Below are positions 1-12,170 of a stretch of DNA of 64,000 bases, piece after piece (positions within the stretch are counted from its first letter, which is position 1; each line of letters begins with the position of its first letter). The notes under the pieces were generated by a model. It made no database searches and was not told the origin of the DNA. It worked only from the letters and a program-made list of their open reading frames with translations. A program made the position numbers and the translations under genes. This stretch comes from Octopus vulgaris (lineage: Eukaryota), in NCBI GenBank assembly GCA_951406725.2, contig OX597817.1, positions 47,306,001 through 47,370,000 of the forward strand, written 5' to 3'.

Positions 1-235
1 AATGAAACAAAAAAGCACTGAACAATGATAGTGTAAAAAGAGTAACAGAGCAACATCCACAGCTGTTTACTAACAAAGATTACTCTTTTACTTGTTTCAG
101 TCATTTGACTGCGGCCATGCTGGAGCGCTGCCTTTAGTCGAGCAATTCGACCCCAGGACTTATTCTTTGTAAGCCTAGTACTTATTGAGCAGAATATTTG
201 CTGTAGCCCATCTTTTATACTGAGACAAAACAATA

Positions 236-269
<34 letters not shown>

Positions 270-291
270 CATTATTATTATTATCATCATT

Positions 292-995
292 AGCTGTGTG
301 AAAAAGTGCCACATCCTAGCGGTTGAGGGAACGTGTGGAAGAGGTAGACCCAGGAAGACCTGGGATGAGGTGGTGAAGCACAACCTTCGAATATTAGGCC
401 TCACCAAGGCAATGAATAGTGACCAAGACGTTTGGAAATATGCTGTGCTTGAGAAGACCAGCAAGCCAAGTGAGACCCATGGTTTATGCCAGGGGTGTAA
501 CCAGCCCACTTATGCATACTTTCCTTCACTGGACACTAAATTTTGCTTGCAAAGACCTGTTGAGGCAAATGAAATCAAAATCGAAATCAAATTCGATGAC
601 TGGCATCCGTGCCAGTGGAGTACGAAGAGCACCATTCAAGCATGATCGTTACCAGCATCACCTTACTGGCACTTGTATCAGTGGTATGAGGAAAAACATT
701 TCAGCAAGGTTGTTGCTAGTGCTGCTGGACTGGCTCCTGTGCAGGTGGCATGTAAAAAACACCATTTGAACATGGCCACTGCCAGTACCACCTGACTGGC
801 CCTCATACTGGTAGTACGTAAAAGCACCCACTACACTCTCGGAGTGGTTGGTGTTAGGAAGGGCATCCAGCTGTAGAAACTCTGCCAGATCAGATTGGAG
901 CCTGGTGCAGCCATCTGGTTTCCCAGTCCTCAGTCAAATCGTCCAACCAATGCTAGCATGGAAAGCGGACATTAAACGATGATGATCATCATCAT
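292..995 (+). mobile_element. 3' end of an RTE-clade LINE: ORF2 C-terminus, 3' UTR with tandem hairpin units, (GAT)n tail
   Basis: VEGTCGRGRPRKTWDEVVKHNLRILGLTKAMNSDQDVWKYAV is a typical RTE C-terminus. It is followed by the GGTTGGTGTTAGGAAGGGCATCCAG tail that recurs throughout the window. Confidence 0.8.
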
Positions 996-1073
996 CATTA
1001 TTAATATAGATGAGTGAAATAAGACACATGAACAGAGAAAGAAAAGAGACTAGGGTAAAATAAACATATTTAA

Positions 1074-1294
1074 CCCTTTCGTTACTGTATTTATTTTGAG
1101 ATGCTCTCTGTTTCTTTCAATTACTTTAAATATAACAAAGAATTTAGTAAAAGAACTTAGTTATCATTCAGCTAGTGTTAGGAACATAAATTGTTACTAA
1201 AGTTTGATGGAAGATTTTAATTCAAAACTTATGGAAACAAGACATTTGTACTCAGAACCAGGGGCCAGTTTCAGGCGGGTTGGTAACGAAAGGG
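1074..1294. mobile_element. piggyBac-type MITE (CCCTTT...AAAGGG termini, TTAA site)
   Basis: ttaa|ccctttcgttac ... gtaacgaaaggg|tcaa. Same family as the copies at 17.0-17.5 kb. Confidence 0.7.
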
Positions 1295-1492
1295 TCAAGT
1301 GGAGATAATGAAGTAAAACATCTACAACTAAGAAGGTATGGCTGTGTGGTAAGAAGTTTGCTTCCCAACCACAAGATTTCAAGTTCAGTCCCACTGGGTG
1401 GCACCTTGAACAAGTGTCTTTTACTATAGCCCCAAGCTGATCAAAACCTTGTGAATGGAGTTGACAGAGGGAAACTGAAAAGAAGTCGGTTG

Positions 1493-1930
1493 GAAAAAGC
1501 ACTGCAGATACTATCTTCCTGGTGAGGCAACTGCAGAGTAGGTACTTAGCCAAAATTAAACCTCTGGTTTTGACTTTTGGCTTCCACTGATGCGGAGAAA
1601 GCCTTAGACAGGGTCCCCAACCCCTTTATCTGGTGGGCAATATGGAAGCTGGAGATAGGTGGGTGGTTGGTGAGAGCTGTACAAACCACAAGGATACTGT
1701 CAGTAAGGTGAAGGCCAACAATGAGTATAACAAGGAATTTGGTGTAGAAGTAGGAGTTCAGCAGGGACTGGTTCTCAGCCCCCTCTTGTTTATCAAAGTG
1801 CTCCAGTTCATAACAGAGGAATTTAAGATTGGCTGCCTTTAGAAGCTCCTCTCTGCCGATAACCTTGTTCTTATTGCTTAATCACTACTAGAACTAGAGA
1901 AGAAATTTAAAATGTGGAGACAAGGGCTGT
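1493..1930 (+). mobile_element. Degraded RTE LINE reverse-transcriptase fragment
   Basis: DAEKALDRVP, EFGVEVGVQQGLVLSPLLF and a decayed YADD motif (LLSADNL), with stops and frameshifts. Confidence 0.8.
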
Positions 1931-2192
1931 AAAGTGGTTGGCATTAGGAAGGGCATCCAGCAATTAATTAGAAACCATGGCAAAACAGACATCTATGCCA
2001 GCATGGAGAACAGAAGTTAAATGATGAGACAATGATAGATAGATAGATAGATAGATAGAAAGAAAGAGAGAGAGAGAAATAGATGTGTGTGTGTGCTACT
2101 ATCTCTGTCATGGTACAATATCCTATGGGATGTCTAGTCACAGAGGGGAGTTGGTGACAGGAAGGGCATCCTGTCACAGAAAATCCACTTCA

Positions 2193-2615
2193 ACTATTTC
2201 TTATTTCTTTATTGCCCACAAAGGGGCTAAACATAGAGGTGACAAACAAGGACAGACAAAGGGATTAAGTCGATTACATCAACCACAGTGCATAACTGGT
2301 GCTTAATTTATCGACCCCGAAAGGATGAAAGACAAAGTCGACCTCAGCGGAATTTGAACTTAGAACATAACGACAGACGAAATACCTATTTCTTTACTAC
2401 ACACAAGGGGCTAAACACAGAGAGGACAAACAAGCACAGACAGACGGATTAAGTTGATTATATCGACCCCAGTGCATAACTGGTACTTACTTAATCGACC
2501 CCGAAAGGATGAAAGGCAAAGTCGACCTCGGCAGAATTTGAACTCAGAATGTAACGGCAGACAAAATACCTCTAAGCATTTCACCCGGTATGCTAACGTT
2601 TCTGCCAGCTCGTCG
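2193..2615 (-). mobile_element. Dimeric tRNA-derived SINE with a Meta/Sauria-like central domain
   Basis: Two tandem copies of GCCTTTCATCCTTTCGGGGTCGATAAATTAAGTACCAG with B-box GAGTTCAAATTC. Superfamily assignment is from memory. Confidence 0.75.
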
Positions 2616-3590
2616 CATCACCTAATTCTATCCAACCAATACAAGCATGGAAAAGTGAACACCAAAATGAGGACGATTTATATTCAACAGTTCATATTCT
2701 GTCACAAACAGTAAGCGAGTTTTGCATGTAAGACACACAGTGTTCAGTAGACATATGTCCTCCAGGGCCAGCATGAGGTTCACAGAGTTTATGCTCAAGA
2801 CGCTCCACTCAATACTTAACAAATATGCTTATCTAGACAACCACAAGGTTTTGCGGCACACTGATGGAAAGAAGGGCAGTTTGAAATGATTTCCTTACAT
2901 TGGCAAATGACGAAGCAACTGGGAACACTGTAAAACTGATGTGTGTTCCATAACCTTACAATTCCGAGTTCAAGCCTGCAGCAGGGCTTTACTTTGGGTA
3001 CTTTTTAACATTTTTCTTTGCTTTTTGTTGTTTTTGCTTGTTTTTTTTTGTAGTTGTTGTTGTTTTTTCCTATATCATTATTCCAAAGAGGGCTTCAAAG
3101 GGAATGGTTAAACAGGATTTCATAATCTAAAGTAGAAACCACATGACTCACTCTGAAGAATCATTAGAAAATTATTAGACAAAAGAAACCTAAGAGGCGG
3201 GGAGGTGGGGCGGTGGTAGAAGGACAAGGAAAAGCTACAAAATAATAATAATAATAATAACAACAATAATAATAATAATAATAATAGCTAAACAAAAAGA
3301 AGACATAAAAAGAAGAAAGAAAAAAACATTATCAAAAGTAAATCTGAAACCAGAACATTATTGGTAATACAGAGTAAAGCTGTCCAATACTATATAATTA
3401 GATGATCAATCAACTCCGCAGATATACTTTTCGGCCCAGCTGATTGGATGAAAATAAAATAAACAAATGGTTTTTCCCTTGACAGTTCTCCCTGTGGATT
3501 TTCTCTAAACCACACAAAAGCATCAGGAACTTGTGTCATGAATAAACTTGCACAGATGTAATCCCGAAGTTCTAAATAAACATTTAGGCA

Positions 3591-3660
3591 GACTGAAAAG
3601 CGAAATAGGAGGAAAGTGGGGGGTGGGGCGGGGGAGGGCGTGGAAGCTATTGATTGGCTA
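3591..3660 (-). promoter_or_regulatory. Candidate TATA-less promoter (CCAAT, KLF/Sp GC boxes, TCAGTC initiator), or alternatively a splice acceptor
   Basis: Minus strand: agCCAATca..CCACGCCC.CCCCGCCCC.ACCCC..ttttTCAGTC. CCAAT lies about 60 nt upstream of the Inr A (3594). Confidence 0.4.
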
Positions 3661-3689
3661 TCTGAACCATTAGTTTGGCAAATTGTTTC

Positions 3690-4222
3690 AGTGGGTGGTG
3701 GTGGTGGTAGTGGTGGTGATGTAGAACGTGGTGGGCATGATGGTGACAGCGGTAATGGCGAAGAACGTGGTCGCTGTGCTAGTGGTGGTGGTGGTGGCGG
3801 CGAAGAATGTGGCCACTGTGCTAGTGGTGGTGGTGGTGAAGAACGTGGCCACTGTGCTGGTGGTGGGCGTGATGGTGACAGCGGTGATGGCGAAGAACAT
3901 GGCCACTGTGCTAGTGGTGGTAGTGGCGAAGAACGTAGCCACTGTGCTAGTGGTGGTGGTGGTGGGCGTGATGGTGACAGCGGTGATGGCGAAGAACATA
4001 GCCGCTGTGGTAGTAGTGGTGGTGGTGAAGAACGTGGCCACTGTGCTAGTGGTGGTGGTGTAGAACGTGGTGGGTGTGATGGTAACAGCAGTGATGGCAA
4101 AGAACGTGGCCACTGTGCTAGTGGTGGTGGTGGTGGGGTAGAACATGGTGAGCGTGATGGTGACAGCAGTGATGGTGAAGAACATGGCCACTGTGCTAGT
4201 GGTGGTGGAGGCGGTGATCATG
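3690..4222. repeat. Compound GGT-based minisatellite (GAAGAACGTGGCCACTGTGCTAGT(GGT)n / CGTGATGGTGACAGCGGTGATGGC)
   Basis: Directly visible tandem modules; these explain four overlapping ORFs. Confidence 0.9.
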
Positions 4223-4821
4223 TCAGTGAAGAATTACAATATATTAGATCTGCAAACATAACTCTATGGAATACTCTTGAGCTATCAAGCGTTTGTGTGT
4301 GTGATATGACAAATACGACAAATACGTGTAGTGACTTGCAAATTACATTGGTTGAATATTTATTTTAAATATTTCTAATTCAATAAGGGAAAAAAAAACC
4401 CCAAAAAAACTTTATTACAGTGGTTATTAGGTGAGGTTATCAGTACTCCAGATAACTCAATGGAGTTAGTTCCAACACTTTGAGAGAGCTCAGTGTTGTA
4501 CAGAGTAGTCGGGTATGGTGGTTCTTGTCCTGGGTGTGTGCCACACCCAATACCATTAAATTTCAAGCAGGAATATAAGAGTTTTCCATTAAGATTTGTC
4601 ATTAAATTAATGGGGAAGGTTAATGTTCATAATGAATTAGCCATTTTTGATGGGTGTGCAGCGCTCACCTAGCATGCCCAGAATATGTGCCCCTGCTACA
4701 GGGCCCCATTTTAATTTTCATTTTCTTAGTACTGTTGTTATTTAAAATCAACACCCAACTGAGCAGACCTATGAACAGATCAAAGACATACCAACCATAA
4801 CCAACAGGTTTTATATATAGC

Positions 4822-5215
4822 TGCAGACGTGACTGCGTGGTAAGAAGCTTGCTCCCCAACCTCATGGTTCCCGGTTCAGTTCCACTGCGTGGCACCTTGG
4901 GCAAATGTCTTCTACTATAGTTTCAGGCTGACCAAAGCCTTGTGAGTGGATTTGGTAGATGGAAACTGAAAGAAGACCATCATGTGTGTGCATGTGTGTC
5001 TTTATGTCTGTGTCCCCCACGACTGCTTGACAACTGGTGTTGGTGTGTTTGCATCCCCATAACTTAGCAGTTCAGCAAAAGTGGAGCAATTGCAGAAGTA
5101 CCACGCTTAGAAAAGAATAATTACTGGGGTCGATTTAATTGGCTAGAAATTCTTCAAGGCAGTGCCCCAGCATGGCCACAGACTAATGACCGAAACAAGT
5201 AAAAGATAAAAGATA
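4822..5215 (+). mobile_element. tRNA-derived CORE-like SINE (OK/OR-type) with internal (TG)n
   Basis: Head GGCTGTGTGGTAAG..GGTTCAGTCCC, CCTTGGGCAAGTG core, GAAACAAGTAAAAGA tail. More than 12 copies in the window. Confidence 0.8.
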
Positions 5216-5632
5216 TAACAGTCACAGGTCGGAATAGGTACAGGCATGGCTGTGTGGTTAAGAAGTTTGCTTTGTAGCATCGTGGTTTCAAGTTCAATCC
5301 TACCATGTGTAACCTTGGGCAACTTAGAGCAAATTTGATAAATGGAAACTGTAAGAAGTCTCTTATGTGTATTTGTGTGTATGCATATGTCTATATCTCC
5401 TAGTCTTGAGGTCATGTGATAGTAATAAGTTAGAACTATTTTCACACAAGCATTGTCATTCATTTTCAATTTTCTGCAAAAATATGTCTGGCCAAATATT
5501 ACCTTATATGGAGACAGGTGAGGTTTTGGTTAGAGGAAGGGCATCAGGCTATAGAAAATCTGCCTCAGTAAATTTTATCCAACCCATGCAAGCATAGAAA
5601 GGAGGATGTTAAAATGATAATGGTGTGACATC

Positions 5633-6030
5633 CTTTTACTCTTTTACTTAATTCGGTCATTTTGACTGTGGCCATGCTGGAGTACCGCCTTTAGTCAAAC
5701 AAATCGTCCCCAGGTCTTATTCTTTATAAGCCTAGTACTTTCTCTATTGGTCGCTTTTGCTGAACCACTAAGTTATGGGGACATAAACACACCAACATTG
5801 GTTGTCAAGCGATGGTGGGAGGACAAACACAGACACACAAACATATACATAAGTGTGTGTGCGTGTGTATACAATGGGCTTTTTTCAGTTTCTGTCAACC
5901 AAATACACTCACAAGGCTTTGGTCAGCCTGAGGCTATAGTAGAAGTCACTTGCCCAAGGTGCCATGCAATGGGACTGAACATGGAACCATGTGGTTTGGA
6001 AGCAAGCTTCTTACCACACAGCCATTCCTG
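5633..6030 (-). mobile_element. OK/OR-type SINE
   Basis: Reverse complement of the same consensus. Confidence 0.8.
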
Positions 6031-6097
6031 CTTGCTTATTTATCTTTCTTTTTTACTTGTTTCAGTCATTTAGAAACTGGCGAAGCTGGGGCACCAG

Positions 6098-6319
6098 CAG
6101 TTTGGTTTGTAGATCTAGTAAGTTCTTTGTTAACTTCAGAGGGAGATTCTATAGAGATTCCTTGTTAACTTTTCTGGAGAACTTTCTCGCATTCAAGATG
6201 AGTTTGACAACTGCCACCGACAAATGCGAGGAAATTCTCCAGAAAAGTTAACAAGGTATCTTTATAAAATTCCCCCTCTGAAGTTAACGAAGGACTTGCT
6301 AGATCCACAAACTAAACTG
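6098..6319. repeat. Fold-back inverted repeat (arms about 96 bp, about 12 mismatches), MITE-like
   Basis: 6098-6193 is the reverse complement of 6223-6319. Confidence 0.85.
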
Positions 6320-6382
6320 TAAAATTAAATTATATTGTATTATTAGAAAATGACCTGTGAAGTCATTTGTTTACCTTTTCAA

Positions 6383-6419
<37 letters not shown>

Positions 6420-6510
6420 AAGGGAAAGTTTATGAAAATAAACAAAAGACGAAAACAGGTGGAGTACAAACAAACAAATGTATTAGTATAGTGCTCAGGA
6501 ATAGAAAAAG

Positions 6511-6548
6511 TCTTTTACGTTTTGAGCCTACGCTCTTCGACAGAAAGA
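6511..6548 (-). ncRNA. Degenerate minimal hammerhead-like fold in a (TA)n-flanked Penelope-like repeat (about 6420-6610)
   Basis: UCUUU-CUGUCGA-A-GAGC(GUAG)GCUC-AAAA-C-G-U-A-AAAGA. Stems I and II pair; G12 is lost. Confidence 0.5.
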
Positions 6549-7048
6549 TACACAGAAAAAACAAGGAGAGAAAAAAATGCGTGTAGTAGCTAACGATCTA
6601 TCACGGCGTCCTATATATATATATACACACACAAACATATATATAAACAGACACTCCATCAGTTACAAGGGTTCCAGCTAATGAGATCAATGGAACAGCT
6701 TCGTTGTGGAATTAAAATGCAAGTGGCTGAGCACACATATATATATACACACACATATGCACACATATACTCACATGGCAGGCTTCTGTCTACCAAAATC
6801 CACTCCCCAGGCCTTGATCTGTCCAAGGTGCCACACAGTGAGATGGAACCCAAGACCACATGGTGAGGAAGCAAGCTTCTTAACAACACATCCACATATA
6901 AATATAAATAAAACTCCAGAAATCTGTATATTCAAACTCGTTTCCAACTCCCAGGTGAAACTATTTTATTTCACCTGTATCTTGACAACCAATGGAAAGG
7001 GTATGAATGTCACAACACACCATCCACTCAAACTTAAAATCCAAAGTG

Positions 7049-7620
7049 TTGGCTGTGTGGTAAATAGCTTACTTACCAACCACATGGTTCCGGGTTCAGT
7101 CCCACTGCGTGGCATCTTGGGCAAGTATCTTCTGCTATAGCCCCGGGCCGATCAATGCCTTGAGAGTGGATTTGGTAGACGGAAACTGAAAGAAGCCCGT
7201 CGTATATATGTATATATATATATGTGTGTGTATATGTTTGTGTGTCTGTGTTTGTCCCCCTAGCATTGCTTGACAATCACTTATAGAGTAAAGAGTAAGA
7301 GTAAATCTTCTATGTGTCCCTTATAAAAAGGCCATTTTTAGCAGTAATTTCAGAATGTTGAGGCAGTTGCATGATGTGTCTCCATTCTCCCCATGAATAT
7401 AATACAACTGCTTCAAGTAAAGTTGGGTCATCTGCATGTTGTATCAGAAAGCTGGTGTGTTTACGTCCCCGTCACTTAGCGGTTCGGCAAAAAGAGACCG
7501 ATAGAATAAGTACTGGGCTTACAAAGAATAAGTCCCGGGGTCGATTTGCTCGACTAAAGGTGGTGCTCCAGCATGGCCACAGTCAAATGACTGAAACAAG
7601 TAAAAGAGTAAAAAGAGAGT
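7049..7620 (+). mobile_element. OK/OR-type SINE interrupted by a 169-bp insertion (7285-7453)
   Basis: Consensus breaks at tgacaa (7276) and resumes at gctggtgtg (7451). Confidence 0.85.
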
Positions 7621-8454
7621 AAATCAATAAAATTAATTTGTCAATAGAGGAATTTTTTTCCTCCCCCGTTTAAGTGAATTAACAAAATATGCCCTGCTTC
7701 AGTCTAAATTTATAAACTTGGGTCAGCATTCCAGTATTTTAGTCAGAACACTACAATGCTACCCAACCATCCCACCTATCTCTCTTTCTCTCTTTGAAGG
7801 ATATTTATCAAAGTGAGTGATGGAGTAGAATTCCTAGGTAACAGAAATAGAAAGGAGAAGAAGAGGAAGAAGAAGAAAAAAAAAACTCATTGATTTATCA
7901 ATATTTTTTTCCCCCCTAAAAATGTTGGAATATAAAAACAAATTCAACAACCACACAGGAACAATTGTCAGAAAACTGTGATGGTTCACTAGAAGTATTT
8001 GATACGTTCAGTTATTCATATAACATAATCAGTGCGGCAAATAATACATACATACCTACACACATACATACACACATTTATGTATGTATATATACATGAA
8101 AAATGTATTTATATATGGAGAGAACCAGAGAGTATATATGTGTACATGCACACACACACAGAGTCTTGCATCTAGTTCTAATGGCCGTAACTCTTTTGTT
8201 GTAGTTGAGAAAGCCTTATGACACAGACACAGCCAATCAAACGATGTGTTCAATCAGCAGTAGTTCTAATCATACCCATCCCATCATTAACGTAGAGCAA
8301 GCTGTTAGTCATTCGAAGCCAAACTACTAAGTAACTGGTCATGCATCACAACCAAACCACAGTAGTTTCACATGATCAGTCAATTAAGTAACCAATCAGT
8401 GTCAAGCTATCATGTGATTCAGTCTTCTAGACTCTAGATTCAATCTTCTAGAAT

Positions 8455-8872
8455 AGGCACAGGAATAGCTGTGTGGTAAGTAGCTTGCTTACGAACCACA
8501 TGGTTCCAGGTTCAGTCCCACTGCATGGCACTTTGGGCAAGCGCCTTCTACTATAGCCTCGAGCCAACCAAAGCCTTGTGAGCGGATTTGGTAGACGGAA
8601 ATTGAAAGAAGCCCGTCGTATATATGTATATATATGCATGTGTGTGTATATGTTTGTGTGTCTGTGTTTGTCCCCCCCAACATCGCTTGACAACCGATGC
8701 TGGCGTGTTTACATTCCTGTAACTTAGTGGTTCGGTAAAAGAGACTGATAGAATAAGTACTAGGCTTACAAAGAATAATTCCTGGAGTCGATTTGTTTGA
8801 CTAAAGGCGGTGCTCCAGCATGGCCACAGTCAAATGACTGAAACAAGTAAAAGAGTAAAAAGAGTAAGAGTA
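8455..8872 (+). mobile_element. OK/OR-type SINE, full length
   Basis: Head, (TG)n, body and AAGAGT tail all present. Confidence 0.85.
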
Positions 8873-11589
8873 AATCTTCTATGTGTCCCCTATAAAAAGG
8901 TCATTTTTAGCAGTAATTTCAGAATGTTGAGGCAGTTGCATGATGTGTCGCCATTCTCCCCACGAATATAATACAACTGCTTCAAGTAAAGTTGGGTCAT
9001 CTGCATGTTGTATCAGAAAGCTTGCCATAAACTCCAAACAGTATATTTCTCCCAGTGTGTAATTATTATTACCTCCACCTTAGCGAAGGCAGAGGTATTG
9101 TTTTCAGTCACATTTGTTTGTTTGTCCGTGAACAAGATATCTCAAGAACTGCTGGATGGATTTGGATGAAACTTTCAGGAATGCTCGGCCTTGTGACTGG
9201 CATGATCTCATTAGAGTTTGGGATCAATCCGGTACCGGACAAGGATTCTGGATTATTTTTCCAATTTTTTTTTTTACTTTACATGTGTATGTAAAGTTTC
9301 ACATAGTTTTCTTGTACATGCACACACATAAACACATATACTCAAACATTTTCAGCACTGAATATTACCATCCCATTTCCATCGTATATATATATATATA
9401 TATACACACGCACACATGCAAACATACCTCTCTTTTACACACACATATACTCACACTTTTAATGCTGTTTATTGGCTTTTTCTCTCCTTCCTTCGTTATT
9501 AATCTATCACCCCTTCCTATCTCATTCATATCACACTATCTTTGCCACTTCGTTTCATATTTCTCATTGTCATTACTTTCTCTCACTCTCTCTCAGTCAA
9601 GCCTATTACTCTCACTACTCCTCCTTCACTGTATTAGTATTTCATCTCCTCTCCCTTCACTGCTCACTCACCATCATCATCATCATCATCGTTTAATGTC
9701 CGCTTTCCATGCTAGCATGGGTTGGACGATTTTGACTGAGGGCTGGCAAACCAGATGGTTGCACCAGGCTCCAATCTTGATCTGGCAGAGTTTCTACAGC
9801 TGGATGCCCTTCCTAACTCAACATATATATATATATTTGGATTATTTTTCCATTTGAGAGTGGTCAGGTTCATTCTTAGTATTCTCATTTGTGAGAGCAG
9901 TCCAGTTTATTTCAGATATTCTCATTCTAAAAATCCTCTCTGGCTAATCATTGAGAGGACATTGGTGTTTGCTTGGTGGAGGTTTGTGTTCTCTGAGTGC
10001 TCTTATTATTATTCATTTGTAAAAGACCAACACAGTTTAACTCTGTGCAGAGCAATAAAATTTTCTGCGACATGTTCATGGGTGTTGTCAGTTAGTTCTT
10101 CACGCAGCCAAGACTCACGTTTTTATTTATCAACTCAACCAGTCACCACCTCAAACCACTCACAATAATATAAATCCTGAACCAAGTATACACACAGGCT
10201 CCAACTACGAAGCTAATAAAGAATTTGCTGGAGTAGACTTTTGGTTGTCACACTGAAAAGTTTTGTCATCATCATCATCATCATCGTTTAACATCCGTTT
10301 TCCATGCTAGCAAGGGTTGGATGGTTGGACCGGAGTCTGGGGAGGCAGGAGGCTGTGCCAGGTTCCAGTCTGATCTGGTAGTGTTTCTACAGCTGGATGC
10401 CCTTCCTAATGCCAACCACTCCGTGAGTGTAGTGGGTGCTTTTTACGTGCCACCAGCACAGGGGCCAGAGGAGGCTGGCAAACAGCCACGATAGGTTGGT
10501 GCCCTTTACGTGTCACCGACTCAGATGCCAGTCAAGGCGGTACTGCCATCAGCTACGTTCGTCACTACTAATAATCTTTTCCTGCAGATAGCTGCAATAT
10601 GGTTCTTGGATTACTTTCCCACAGATAACTGCCCCTTGGTTAAGTTCCCCACATATGAGAACATTAAGAAAAAGCACAAATATGAGAGGGCAAATAAACT
10701 CCGATAAATTAGGGTTTTATTTCCAAGCAAAACCTTGTACGCATGCATTTGTTAGATGGAAATTGAAAGAAGCCTGTTGTATGTATGTATATATCACCAT
10801 CATCATCATCATCCTCATAATTCAATGTCCATCTTTCATACTGGCATGGGCTGGACAGTTTGACAGGAGCTGGCAAACCAGAGGCCTGCATCAAGCTCCA
10901 CTGTCTGATTTGGCAGGTTCTTATTGCTGGAAGCCCTCCCTAATGTCAACCATTTTACAGAGTGGACTGGGTGCTTTTTATGTGGCACCAGAACTGGCAA
11001 GGTCGTTACACCATGTGTCTGTGTGTGTGTGTCTGTATAAGTGTGGGGGTGTGCGTATGTTTGTGTCTCCTTATCTTGACATCGTATAATAAACGTAAAT
11101 GTGAGTCACTGTTACAAAGTTAATGTCATTCATTTCCAGGGTTGAACAAGAGCATGTCTGGCCATTGGGAAATACCTCCTTGCTTGAAAACAGGTGAGGG
11201 TTGGGGACAGGAAGAGCATCTGACTATAGAAAATCTGCCTCGATAAATTCTGTCTGACCCATGCAAACATGGAAAAATGGACATTACAAAAATAAAATAT
11301 AAAATCACAATAATTTCATCTGTTATCTAAAAAGAAGAATTTCCTGTAATAAGTTTATATCACCTTATCAATATGATTATACCAACTACAACTGCAAATG
11401 ATATGCTATACACAAATGCAATAATTAATAATTACAATAATTGATAAATGCATAATTAATGATTATGAAAGGGGAAATTCCTTGAGAGGCATGTCTTGAT
11501 ATCCTGTAATCTGCAAAGGTATAGGGCAATTATTCATAAAAGAGCAGAATGTGAAGGATCATGGCTTACTGGTAAAGCTATGTGGTTCA

Positions 11590-11819
11590 AGGCGGTGAGC
11601 TGGGAGAAACGTTAGCACACCGGGCGAAATGCTTTGCGGTATTTCGTCTGTCGCTACGTTCTGAGTTCAACTTCCTCCGAGGTCGACTTTGCCTTTCATC
11701 CTTTCGGGGTCAATTAAATAAGTACCAGTTACGCACTGGGGTCGATGTAATCAACTTAATCCGTTTGATGTCCTTGTTTGTCCCCTCTGTGTTTAGTCCC
11801 CTGTGGGTAGTAAAGAAAT
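11590..11819 (+). mobile_element. Meta-like SINE monomer nested in the tRNA head of another SINE, with a 14-bp TSD
   Basis: TSD agctatgtggttca at 11576-11589 and 11820-11833. Confidence 0.85.
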
Positions 11820-12170
11820 AGCTATGTGGTTCATGATCAGAAAGACTTGAGTTCAATTCCCAGTGGTGCACTGGTCCTTGAGCAAGCTGCTTTATTCCTC
11901 AATGCTCCAGTCTATTCAGCTGGCAAAAATGAAGAGTACCAATAATTCAAAAGGCTAGCCTAGTCTCATTTTGTATCATGCTGAATCTTCCTGAGAACCA
12001 CATTAGGGCATGTGTGACAGTGGAGTACTCAGCCACCTGGATGTTCATTTCATGAACAATCTGTTCCATTGATCAGGTCAACTGGAACACGTGTCACTGT
12101 AAATGACAGTTTGCCAGTTATAAAAAGCCTAATACTGAACACCCACAAAGTATTTCACCATTTTTACCAT

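Noticed and set aside
2740-2790. GPGG motif on minus as a candidate PNPT1 KH exon
   Set aside because: Context (EPHAGPGGHMSTEH) does not match the KH sequence, and there are no fitting splice sites.
3616-4368. 250-aa Gly-rich ORF and the overlapping minus-strand ORFs
   Set aside because: Open in four frames because of triplet-based repeats; GTG start; no recognisable homology. Not called as CDS.
7800-7837. Plus-strand 38-nt micro-exon candidate (IFIKVSDGVEFL)
   Set aside because: The acceptor tract is a (CT)n microsatellite, the donor is weak and it has no partner exons.
10020-10125. Minus-strand ESWLREELTDN.. resembling a LINE endonuclease motif
   Set aside because: Too short and flanked by stops to support.
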